A stretch of DNA of 63,930 nucleotides, counting the filler, from Octopus bimaculoides (Eukaryota): the NCBI RefSeq assembly GCF_001194135.2. It is 5 parts of 5 records of this genome, joined end to end, with 100 filler letters (N's around TTAATTAATTAA, not from the genome) between each part and the next. Parts side by side here need not be neighbours in the genome. Positions count along the whole stretch, not along the records: positions 48,908 to 62,648 come from NC_069009.1; positions 62,749 to 63,930 come from NC_068983.1; 3 more parts are not named here. One strand, 5' to 3'. This document shows positions 52,445 to 63,930 of this stretch, piece by piece. How positions within the stretch are numbered: the stretch's first letter is position 1; every line of letters starts with the position of its first letter. The notes under the pieces were generated by a model. The model was not told the DNA's origin, made no database searches, and saw only the letters and a program-made list of their open reading frames with translations. The position numbers and the translations under genes are program-made.

Positions 52445-52827
52445 TGTTGGCACTCCGTCGCTTACGACGTCGAGGGTTCCAGTTGATCCGATCAACGGAA
52501 CAGCCTGCTCGTGAAATTAACGTGCAAGTGGCTGAGCACTCCACAGACACGTGTACCGTTAACGTAGTTCTCAGGGATATTCAGCGTGACACAGTGTGAC
52601 AAGGCTGACCCCTTTGAATTACAGGCACAACAGAAACAGGAAGAAAGAGTGAGAGAAAGTTGTGGTGGAAGAGTACAGCAGGGTTCACCACCATCCCCTG
52701 CCGGAGCCTCGTGGAGCTTTAGGTGTTTTCGCTCAATAAACACTCACAACACCCGGTCTGGGAATAGAAACCGCGATCCTATGACCACGAGTCCGCTGCC
52801 CTAACCACTGGGCCATTGCGCCTCCAC
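52445..52827 (-). mobile_element. Full-length tRNA-derived SINE family D with 12-bp TSD
   Basis: Head GGAGGCGCAATGGCCCAGTGGTTAGG, (CAA)n tail, TSD TCAGTATCATGT at 52433-52444 and 52828-52839. Confidence 0.88.
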
Positions 52828-53162
52828 TCAGTATCATGTAATAAAAAAATAAACAACCACCTTTACAGATTGCCATACTAAATTCTGTACACCTGAACCT
52901 AAATTTTTGCTGAACTCATCTACCATACCTTATATATATATATATATAATAATATAAGTATATAGATATATGCGTATATCCATACATATATGTACATACC
53001 TACATCTATATGTATACATGCATGCATATATGGATACAGGACATCACAAAAAAAAAAGTTAAATACAATGAGAAAAGAAAACAGAAAACAAACTTTTTTC
53101 GAACAACTGAAAAAAACCAGAAAAACAACATATATATATATAAATATGTACACACACACACA

Positions 53163-53234
<72 letters not shown>

Positions 53235-54095
53235 NNNNNNNNNNNNNNNNNNNNNNNNNNNNNNNNNNNNNNNNNNNNNNNNNNNNNNNNNNNNNNNNNN
53301 NNNNNNNNNNNNNNNNNNNNNNNNNNNNNNNNNNNNNNNNNNNNNNNNNNNNNNNNNNNNNNNNNNNNNNNNNNNNNNNNNNNNNNNNNNNNNNNNNNNN
53401 NNNNNNNNNNNNNNNNNNNNNNNNNNNNNNNNNNNNNNNNNNNNNNNNNNNNNNNNNNNNNNNNNNNNNNNNNNNNNNNNNNNNNNNNNNNNNNNNNNNN
53501 NNNNNNNNNNNNNNNNNNNNNNNNNNNNNNNNNNNNNNNNNNNNNNNNNNNNNNNNNNNNNNNNNNNNNNNNNNNNNNNNNNNNNNNNNNNNNNNNNNNN
53601 NNNNNNNNNNNNNNNNNNNNNNNNNNNNNNNNNNNNNNNNNNNNNNNNNNNNNNNNNNNNNNNNNNNNNNNNNNNNNNNNNNNNNNNNNNNNNNNNNNNN
53701 NNNNNNNNNNNNNNNNNNNNNNNNNNNNNNNNNNNNNNNNNNNNNNNNNNNNNNNNNNNNNNNNNNNNNNNNNNNNNNNNNNNNNNNNNNNNNNNNNNNN
53801 NNNNNNNNNNNNNNNNNNNNNNNNNNNNNNNNNNNNNNNNNNNNNNNNNNNNNNNNNNNNNNNNNNNNNNNNNNNNNNNNNNNNNNNNNNNNNNNNNNNN
53901 NNNNNNNNNNNNNNNNNNNNNNNNNNNNNNNNNNNNNNNNNNNNNNNNNNNNNNNNNNNNNNNNNNNNNNNNNNNNNNNNNNNNNNNNNNNNNNNNNNNN
54001 NNNNNNNNNNNNNNNNNNNNNNNNNNNNNNNNNNNNNNNNNNNNNNNNNNNNNNNNNNNNNNNNNNNNNNNNNNNNNNNNNNNNNNNNNNNNNNN

Positions 54096-54139
<44 letters not shown>

Positions 54140-55229
54140 TGTGTATGTATATATATCTAGCTGTGTATATGTACCTCCAACACCCACTGACTACTAGTGT
54201 TGGTTTGTTTTCGTCCCCATAATTTCAAACTGATGAAATAAGTACTGGGGTCAGTGAGTTCAAGCTAAACCCTTGGAGGCAGTGCCCCAGATCAAAGACC
54301 AAAGCAGGTAAAAGATGAAAGATAACATTATTCCAGGTATGTTATAACTTACCTGTTTTATCAATTACCTGTTAACGAGACACCTGGAACATATAAACAA
54401 GTTTTCAGTATCATTGAAGCAGCAATTAAACTAATACCATTCCAAATGGAGTTATAATTTACCTGCGTTATTAATTACCTGTTAATAACACACCTGGAAA
54501 CACAAGTTATTGGTAATATTTAATTAGAAACTTGACAATCACCTGTGCAGGTGTGCTATTAATTTACCTGTATAAGACATGTCAATGATATTGTTATTAA
54601 TTTAATTGTTTTAAAACTTAAGTTTATGGTGTTGTGTCTCCACACACCTATCACCATTACTAGAGTGTGATGTAATTAACTTACCTGTATAAAAACACTA
54701 ATTAAATACTACTATATCCTGTTTTAATTTTAATAATTAGTGTGTTCATACCCCATGATATGTTATTTTGCTTTTATGGGTGTTTTTTTACAGTGAGAGT
54801 TCCTGTGACAAAAGTATGTAACCTTTGAAATTATCTAATATATTCTTGTAAAGTCATATTTATGCATTCAAGTGTATTTGGACATGTGAAGACCTTCCAC
54901 TACGAAAATAGTCTTGGGAGAAAATTCTCTCTTTCTCTAGACTTAATTTATCAATAAATTAAATACCAGCCCATTGGTACTTAATTTATCGACCCCAAAA
55001 GGATGAAAGACAAATTCGACCATGGTGCAATTTGAACTCAAATCTGAAATTTTCTGCAAATGTAAGCCCTTGGATAAATTTATTTTGACACCAACCTCTC
55101 TGGATTCAGCAGTTGTCTCACAGACTTTTCGACTCCTCACTGATGAATTAGTTTGGAGATGGTGGTGGTGGGGTCATTTTTGTTTTTTAAGGAACAAATT
55201 AAGCTCTGCAAGTCGTCTTTCTCAGTGTT

Positions 55230-55360
55230 CATTTGGACACCTGTGCACAAGGAAAATTTACAATTTTCCTTCTTTGGAAAATAAACAAAGAGAACGACCT
55301 TCTCTGGAAAACAAAAGAAGAATATTTTATAAGATTTCTGAGTCCGAAACTAAACTGGAA
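55230..55360 (+). mobile_element. Penelope-like GIY-YIG C-terminus
   Basis: HLDTCAQGKFTIF..WKINKENDLLWKTKEEYFIRFLSPKLN. Confidence 0.65.
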
Positions 55361-55581
55361 ATAGTCAACAACAACTTTCACTATATGTAATAACACATGC
55401 TTGAAAACATTAAGAACCGAAAGCTCTTGCACATCTATAAAAGCAAAGCCAACACACATTTTGTGAAATCTCTTCCCAAAGGTTAGTGTCTTTCGACTTT
55501 CTAAAAAGGTTCTTTTCTCAATCTTAACTCTTTGAGAAAAAATCTTCTCTCCAAATGTATCAAGGAACTTCCAAAACACTC

Positions 55582-55619
<38 letters not shown>

Positions 55620-55801
55620 GGAGATTTACTTACCTAGCTAGCAAGTGACCTGATCTGAGATCATGTGCTAGAACGAAAACAATTGTAGCGTGGAAGGTGT
55701 TTATAAGCCATTTAAAATAACACACAAAAGCCGTCAGATTCGTTTCAACATTTAAATTTAATTTGCCAAAATATTTTCGTCACTTTGAGACCACGACCTG
55801 T

Positions 55802-55844
<43 letters not shown>

Positions 55845-57328
55845 TATATATATGTGTGGATGCACATGGCTTAGTAGTTAGGGTATTTTATTCATGATTG
55901 TAAAATTATGGTTTTGATTCCTGGACTGGGTGACACATTGTGTTCTTGAGCAAAACACTTCATTTCACATTACTCCTGTCCACTCAGCTGGCAAAAATGA
56001 GTAATCCTGTGACGGACAGGCATCCTGTCTAGGGAGGATTATATAGGTTAGAGAAGCCAGGAAACCAGCCCCATATTCCTTATGAGGTAATGTAGACCAA
56101 CTATTCTTATTACAACTATTACACTCCCCTCATAAACCCACCATTATGCAGGGTCCCTGTATTTTAAATATACCAGTGAGTTGATGTTTTTGTTTCTTTA
56201 ATCCTTAGCATACTCTAATGAAAGCACTGATGCAGTGGTCAGCTATGTGGTAACACAACTCCTCAGATTCTACAATTTCTGATACCTTTAGATTGCTGGA
56301 GTAATACAGATGACATTGCGATGTCATTTTAATTATTTTCTCCTAGCCCAAGCTCTCTTTCTTTAATTAAATCTTTAATAAATAATTCTTAATTTTGACA
56401 CAAAACTGGCAGTTTTAAGGAGAAGAGACAAATCAATTCAATGAACCTTTGTATTTGACTGGTACTTTATTTCATCAGCATTTAAATCCAAAATTCCACA
56501 ACACTACATGATTCTAAATCTGAAATTTTCTGCAAAGGTAAGCACTTGGATAAATTTCTTTTGACACTAACCTCTCTGGATTCAGCAGTTGTCTCACAGA
56601 CTTTTGGACTCCAGTTAGATTAATTATGATTTCTACAGTCAAAGGGGACATAACTCTTAATTTCCTTTCTTTTCTAATTTATTCACCCTCTCTTTTCTCA
56701 TGCCATTTTTCTGCATCAACCTTCTGCTCATGTTTTCTCATCTACCAGCATCTTGACTTTCAAATAGAGCTATGTGCCCTGAGCCTGAAAATTACTTTAA
56801 TTTTCTTTCTTTTCCCATTTTTATTCATCCTTTGTCTTCCACTTTTTGCGGTTCCGAGCCTCATGATTGCTTGGAGACACAAGGCACATTATATAAGTCT
56901 ATCTAACCTTAGTGTCACTTTGGCAAGGAACTATTAGCTCTTATTTTAAGTAATGTGTATGTTATATATAATACGCATACATGCATACATGTATGCATAT
57001 ACATACATACATACACCAATGTCTGTGTTTGTATGTAATTAGTTTTAGTTGAGATGTTTTCCGATATTTTTTCCAGTCGATAAACCACAAAATTACTTTG
57101 AAATAACAAACGTTCATCAACACTCTAATTAACAATACTCTTTACTCTTTTTTACTCTTTTATTTGTTTCAGTCATTTGACTGTGGCCATGCTGGAGCAT
57201 CACCTTATTCTTTGTAAGCCTAGTACTTATCCTATTGCCAAACCGCTAAGTTACGGGGAGATAAAGACACCAGCATCGGTTGTCAAGCCATGTTGGGGGT
57301 GGGGACAAATACAAACACACAAACATAT

Positions 57329-57363
<35 letters not shown>

Positions 57364-58246
57364 NNNNNNNNNNTACGCAGTGGGACTGAACCCGGAACCA
57401 TGTGGTTCGTAAGCAAGCTACTTACCACACAGCCACTCCTATGCCTACACATAGATAATTTTAAGAAGTGGTATATATCTGTATATATATAGATATGTCT
57501 GTGTGTGTGTTTAATTAGTTTTAGCTGGGACTTTGAAATTTTACCTAAACCCTTATCCCAGTTCCCTTTCCATCAGCAAACCACAAAATCCCTTTAAAAT
57601 AACTGTCTCCACTTTAAATATTACTTTAGCGGCATGTGGTGATTATTGTATTGGTCGTGCTGTCACATCCAATGCCACCAAAATTCGAGCAGGGGTCGGA
57701 CAAAAGTTTCCCATTAACATTTGTGATTAAATTAATAAGGTTACCAGTTATAAGGAATTTAACATTTTCGATGGATGTGCAGCACACACCTGGAATATAC
57801 ACCCCTGATATCTATCTATCTGTCTATCTATCTTTATGTTAATCTTGGCTTTTCTGCTGATGATAGCTGGTCTTGCAAAATATTATTTTCTTTTGCTGAA
57901 AATAGCTTGAAACCTTGGTTCAGAAAATAGATGGTAAATATTTATATTTTTCATTCTCTTTCGAAATTATCCCTAATTGTGGTTTGGAGTTTTGACTGCT
58001 CCTTCTAGCAGGTTAGGTGTCCTATTATGGACATCTCTCTCATGTGTTTAAATGTACACTGTATTTATATGAATAATATATAGTCTATTGGCTAGTTTTT
58101 TTCTTCTCGCTAGACCACTGGTAGCAAAAAGAATTTCTAAAAATTTTTTGCTACCCTAAGATTTATTAATATATATATATATATATATATAAATCGTCCA
58201 ACCCATGCTAGCATGGAAAGCGGACGTTAAACGACGATGATGATGA

Positions 58247-58282
<36 letters not shown>

Positions 58283-59095
58283 GTGTGCTTATATATATAT
58301 ATATGCATATTCTTTTTTTCTTTTACTTGTTTCAGTCATTTTGTCTGCGGCCACGCTGGAGCACCACCTTTAGTCGAACAAATTGACCCCAGGACTTATT
58401 CTATGTAAGCCTAATAGTTATTCTATTGATCTCTTTTGCTGAACCACTAAGTTATAGGGACGTAAACACACCAACATTGGTTGTCAGGCGACGATGGAGG
58501 GACAAACAGGGACACACAAATATATACATATATATATATGATAGGCTTCTTTCAGTTTCCGTCTGCCAAATCCACTTACAAGGCTTCAGAAAACACTTGC
58601 CCTAGGTGCCACGCAGTGGGACTGAACCCGGAACCATGTGGTTGGGAAGCAAGCTTACCACACAGCTACTCCTACAACTATATGATGATATATATATATA
58701 TTCGAAAGGAGCTCACTCTCGGTCCTTGCCTTCATGAGGCCCAATGCTCGAAAGGTGCCTTTATGTACCACCGGCACGGGTGCCATTTGCATGACACCGG
58801 TATCTGCCACAGTTGGCTTGATGGGTCTTCTTCTCACGCACAACATAATGCCAAAGTTCTCGATCATTGCCTCTGTGGGGCCCAACATTTAAAAGGAGCT
58901 GTCTCGGTCCTTGCCTTGGCTTGATGGGTCTTCTTTTCAAGCCCTTTCAATAATTAGTTAATTGGATATTTAACCAAGTGTCTAATGATAAAAGAGTGGA
59001 ATTGAACCAGTGTGTGTGTTAATTATATTGGAATGATGACTTCCCCTAGACACAACAAAATATGGTGTGTTTGTTCTTAGGTCATGACTGGGTGG

Positions 59096-59467
59096 GAGGC
59101 GCAATGGCCCAGTGGTTAGGGCAGCGGACTCGCGGTTTCGAATCCCAGACCGGGCGTTGTGAGTGTTTATTGAGCAAAAACACCTAAAGCTCCACGAGGC
59201 TCCGGCAGGGAGATGGTGGCGAACCCTGCTGTACTCTTTCATCACAACTTTCTCTCACTCTTACTTCCTGTTTCTGTTGTGCCCGTAATTCAAAGGGTCA
59301 GCCTTGTCACACACTGTGTCACGCTGAATATCCCCGAGAACTATGTTAAGGGTACACATGTCTGTGGAGTGCTCAGCCACTTGCACGTTAATTTCACGAG
59401 CAGGCTGTTCCATTGATCGGATCAACTGGAACCCTCGACGTCGTAAGCGACAGAGTTCCAACAACAA
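59096..59467 (+). mobile_element. Full-length SINE family D with 13-bp TSD
   Basis: Same family as 52445-52827; TSD CATGACTGGGTGG at 59083-59095 and 59468-59480. Confidence 0.88.
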
Positions 59468-59659
59468 CATGACTGGGTGGCAACAGATGAATCTAGTAAA
59501 TAGCTTAATATAATGAAAAACATAATCATAAATATAGATTAATAATGATCAGATAATTTCCAGCTATAATATTAGCTTAAAATACGACACATCTGTTGTA
59601 GCCTAACACTAAATATAATATTGATATCTCTTTCCTTTTTACTTGTTGTCTTTTATATC

Positions 59660-59915
59660 TGACTGGCACCCGTGCCGGTGGCACATAAAATGCAACATTC
59701 AGGCGTGGCTGATGCCAGTGCCGCCTGACTGGTTCCGGTGCTGGTGGCACTTAAAAAGCACCATTCAAGCATGGCTGGGGCCAGTGCCACCCGACTGGCT
59801 CCCGTGCCGGTGACACGTAAAAAGCATCATTCAAGTATGGCCGATGCCAGTGCCACCTGACTGGCTCCCGTGCCAGCAGCACATAAAAAGTACCCGCTAC
59901 TCTCTCGGAATGGTT
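59660..59915 (+). mobile_element. RTE-family 3' UTR tandem subrepeats
   Basis: Repeated GTGCCGGTGGCACGTAAAAAGCACC-like units, as at 7300-7620. Confidence 0.7.
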
Positions 59916-60691
59916 AATTAATTTGCCAATTGTCCTTGTGTAGTTATACACAAAATGAATTATCAATCTGGGTTTATATGAAAGAAAAGTATAAATACCA
60001 CCATGACTGATATCCAAGCTGAAGTGGAGAAGGCGGCTGCCCCTGGATTTGGTTATAAAGAGACGATGAGCGATGGCTAGAGAAATATTGAGCTATCGTT
60101 GCCAGTACCGCCTGACTGGCCCTCATGCCGGTGGCACGTAAAANNNNNNNNNNNNNNNNNNNNNNNNNNNNNNNNNNNNNNNNNNNNNNNNNNNNNNNNN
60201 NNNNNNNNNNNNNNNNNNNNNNNNNNNNNNNNNNNNNNNNNNNCTGACGAAATGCCGCCAAGCATTTCGCCCGCCGCTTTTGTAACAGTGGATATTGTCA
60301 GGTCAAACGAGGAGGCTTCTTGGTTTGCTAAAAATAGCAGAACCCTGTAGTTATGCCAATAGCTTACTCGATTTTCTAAAAACAGTAGCCAAATCTACCT
60401 CGAATGAAAACTGAAAACTAACAAACTTCAAAAATAATTTTTAAAAAATCGTATGATTTTTATACCATTTCAATTGTGGTAAGAAACTCTTGAGAGAGTT
60501 GAATGGAAGGTCTTCAGAGGAATCCCTATCCCACTGCCCTCAATCGTTTTGGCCCTAAATTTCTTAGTCTGAGAGGGTCAAGTCGCATCCAGGTCATGAG
60601 TGTTCGGTAGCATTCTGCTAATACTTTTTAGTCACTTGGATATCAGACACTTGTATATTTAAACTACTTCCTCGATTTGCAGTCAAATCTA

Positions 60692-60847
60692 CAAAAGTAT
60701 CGAGTGACCCCCATCAGATTAATGTGTATTCAGAAGTCAAACACGTATAGTAATAAAAAAACGGACGTACATTTTTGCATTTACGTCCAATTATAATAAA
60801 AACAATTTCACATTAATCTGATGGGGGTCACTCGATCGATACTTTTG
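60692..60847. mobile_element. 156-bp Tc1/mariner-type MITE
   Basis: ~35-bp TIRs (CAAAAGTATCGAGTGACCCCCATCAGATTAATGTG) with TA on both sides; the right TIR has a 4-nt TCGA duplication. Confidence 0.75.
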
Positions 60848-61037
60848 TAGAATACAAATTTATTATTCTTATAAAAGAATATTGTCAACAGCGGTTCGGC
60901 AAAAGTGGTCGATATAAATAAGTACCAGGCTTACAAAGAATAAGTCCCGGGGTCGATTTGCTCGACTAAAAGGCGGTGCTCCAGCATGGCCGCAGTAAAA
61001 AATGACTGAAACAAGTAAAAGAGTAATGACTTCGAAT

Positions 61038-61073
<36 letters not shown>

Positions 61074-62564
61074 NNNNNNNNNNNNNNNNNNNNNNNNNNN
61101 NNNNNNNNNNNNNNNNNNNNNNNNNNNNNNNNNNNNNNNNNNNNNNNNNNNNNNNNNNNNNNNNNNNNNNNNNNNNNNNNNNNNNNNNNNNNNNNNNNNN
61201 NNNNNNNNNNNNNNNNNNNNNNNNNNNNNNNNNNNNNNNNNNNNNNNNNNNNNNNNNNNNNNNNNNNNNNNNNNNNNNNNNNNNNNNNNNNNNNNNNNNN
61301 NNNNNNNNNNNNNNNNNNNNNNNNNNNNNNNNNNNNNNNNNNNNNNNNNNNNNNNNNNNNNNNNNNNNNNNNNNNNNNNNNNNNNNNNNNNNNNNNNNNN
61401 NNNNNNNNNNNNNNNNNNNNNNNNNNNNNNNNNNNNNNNNNNNNNNNNNNNNNNNNNNNNNNNNNNNNNNNNNNNNNNNNNNNNNNNNNNNNNNNNNNNN
61501 NNNNNNNNNNNNNNNNNNNNNNNNNNNNNNNNNNNNNNNNNNNNNNNNNNNNNNNNNNNNNNNNNNNNNNNNNNNNNNNNNNNNNNNNNNNNNNNNNNNT
61601 ATATATATATAGTCATGATTTTTATTTAGTATTTATCTTAACTGTCCGACGAACAGGAACGGGGAACTCCGAGTAACAGTTCTGTGATAATTTTGCACCT
61701 TTTATATATACGTGTGTGTGTGTCTGTGTGTGCCATAAAAACTATGAGAAGTTCTCTCATGGAAAACAACGCAGTATTTTGTGTTCTAACACAACATCCA
61801 CTTTTAAGGGGTGATAGACATTACTTTTTTGTATTAATATTACTTCAGTCACTATTAATTATTTTACACATATACATACATACTCTTCGAAACGCCTGTG
61901 TTAGAAAGGGGGCAGCTGGTGAAGGAGATATTCTCTATGTGACCTGTGTTTTCTGTACTCGTTTATCATTTTGTCTACGCTTTGTTTGCAATCTCCTGTA
62001 CCCAGATATGCATCTATATTTACAGGTAGATGTAAGTATGTACATACATGTACGTATATATGCATATACTCATTTATTATTTGTATTACATACATATATA
62101 TATACACCGTAATGTACAAAACTTGTTGCGGTGTGACAGCTTTTGTGCCGCAATTTCCCTGAGAGCTAGTTGTGCCAAATGATCGCAAGTTCCTGGTAGG
62201 GGCCTACAGTGATGGACAAGTGAAAGGATAGAAACTAGATAAATATGGATGACCCCTATGTAGGAACCCCTCCCCCCTAAAAACAGAGGCAAAGTTACAA
62301 AAGCATCGATGATAAATCAAAACCGACAAGGCCCAGGGATAGGAAGGTTTTTACTCAAGATGGGACAGCTCACCATTGAGAACAGTGCAGAAAATTCTTC
62401 GATGGCCTACGCTCCGTAGAGAGCGAACGGCTTGAGTAAATATATAGAGATCAACAAAAATATTGCTTGCTTTATTATAAACTCACAAGGAAAACAGAAG
62501 GATGTTTATGTGTTCTCTGTTTCTGGTTTTCTTTTTCCCATCCTGCATTACATTGATGTGTTAG

Positions 62565-62625
62565 AGCAGGGGTTTTCAAACTGTGGTTCGCGGACCACAG
62601 GGGGTCCGGTCCGCAAGGACAAGAC
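62565..62625 (+). mobile_element. hAT (Charlie-like) terminal fragment
   Basis: CAGGGGTTTTCAAACTGTGGTTCGCGGACC resembles Charlie-type TIR ends. Confidence 0.45.
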
Positions 62626-62648
62626 AGTAAGACACGAATTAGGCAATC

Positions 62649-62748
62649 NNNNNNNNNNNNNNNNNNNNNNNNNNNNNNNNNNNNNNNNNNNNTTAATTAA
62701 TTAANNNNNNNNNNNNNNNNNNNNNNNNNNNNNNNNNNNNNNNNNNNN
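62649..62748. other. Artificial scaffold join
   Basis: TTAATTAATTAA at 62693-62704. Confidence 0.95.
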
Positions 62749-62970
62749 CATCGCTAGCCCGTCCATACATTTGATTTTGCCTCTCTTCAAGATTAACGCA
62801 CCACACTTTTTCAGTCCGAATTTCATTCTGATATCAGTACTGAAGGTATACACCGTATCAACGAGGGAACTGACTCGGGCTTCATCTTTACCATAAAGTT
62901 TGAGGTCATCTATGATTAACAAATGGTTGACTTTTTTGTTGGCGTCTTTTGAATACATACCCAGCATCTG
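62749..62970 (-). mobile_element. R4/Dong-like RT fragment
   Basis: VNHLLIIDDLKLYGK...DIRMKFGLKKC resembles HLLYMDDLKLY...DIGM.FG..KC. Confidence 0.78.
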
Positions 62971-63186
62971 CATTTCTCATAGCACAGTACAAAGATCAAT
63001 GGGGACAGGCAGTCCATTTGGAAAATGCTTCTCCTGAGTTGATTCCCCTGATTATTATTATTGTTGTTGTTGTTGCTGTAATCATCATCATCATCATCAT
63101 CATCATCATTATCACCATCATCATCCTCATTATAATTCTGTAACTGTTTTCATGGATTTCTAAAAGTTTACCGTTGTTTATTTTAG

Positions 63187-63617
63187 AAAAATTGCCTGTG
63201 ATGAAAGCCAAAACGAAGCCAATCAATCGCTATATCGAGTTAGAAATGAAACCATTTAAGGTGAAAATTAATGGAAAATTACAAGATAAACCGGAAGCTT
63301 ATATTTTGGAAGTGAATTCGGAAAAGGAATATATCAAAATAACTGGTCAAGATGCTCCTGGAGTATTTTATGGCATACAGTCACTAATGAGCTTGACTAG
63401 TGACAACTACACCATACCGAAGTCAAACATCAAAGATGCCCCACGATTTGCTTACCGCGGTATGGAGTTTGATGTGGCGCGAAACTTTTTCGGCAAGGAG
63501 ACTGTGTTGAAATTATTTGATTTGATGGCAATTTATAAGCTGAACCGTTTTCATTTTCATTTGACCGATGATGAAGGCTGGAGGCTGGAGTTCGAGGGTT
63601 TAGAAGAACTAACTAAG
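63187..63617 (+). CDS. GH20 beta-N-acetylhexosaminidase (chitobiase-like), internal exon
   Basis: tttattttag|...AAG|gtgagg; 431 nt open frame containing EAYIL, GVFYGIQSL, DAPRFAYRGMEFDVARNF and KLNRFHFHLTDDEGWR. Confidence 0.93.
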
Positions 63618-63930
63618 GTGAGGCGATAGCAATGAATTCACACAATATCTTTTTGTTTTGTTTTCTTGTTACGTTTCCTTCGTCGCAATTTTCTTTGCAG
63701 ATGTACACACACACACACACATTTATGGACCACGAATAAGGGGTCGCAAATCCAGTAACCAAGATACACTTTCAGTTTCGTACCTATTATTATTGGTGCA
63801 AGAAGATGCATACCAACCAGTCTGGAGCAAAGTTTGGTTGAACTTGGAAACTTGGCACAAGGCCAGCAATTTCGGGGGCGGGGGACTAAGTCGATTACAT
63901 AGATCCTAGTGCTTAGCTGGTACTTATTTT

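Overview
Repeat-dense, AT-rich eukaryotic genomic DNA. The SINE/LINE families and microsatellite load suggest an octopus (inference). Four artificial 100-bp joins (44 N + TTAATTAATTAA + 44 N) split the window into five pieces whose adjacency is unproven. Host genes: three in-phase minus-strand exons from the 3' part of 5-oxoprolinase (OPLAH; 8243-8094, 5935-5861, 2757-2675) and one plus-strand exon of a GH20 beta-N-acetylhexosaminidase with bacterial-chitobiase-like motifs (63187-63617). The rest is mostly transposon debris: Penelope-like elements (PLEs), RTE and R4/Dong LINEs, Gypsy pol and gag relics, a full-length DD37D (maT) transposon, hAT and mariner fragments, a Helitron 3' end, MITEs and several tRNA-derived SINE families. 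The best leads are (1) a ~505-bp palindrome of two tRNA-headed repeats, each carrying a minimal hammerhead ribozyme motif, inside an OPLAH intron; (2) a multi-kb degenerate array conserving CAGGT-N13-ACCTG, which contains many perfect 5' splice-site/U1-complementary 9-mers; (3) several perfect hairpin elements. No new system is demonstrated; these are testable leads.
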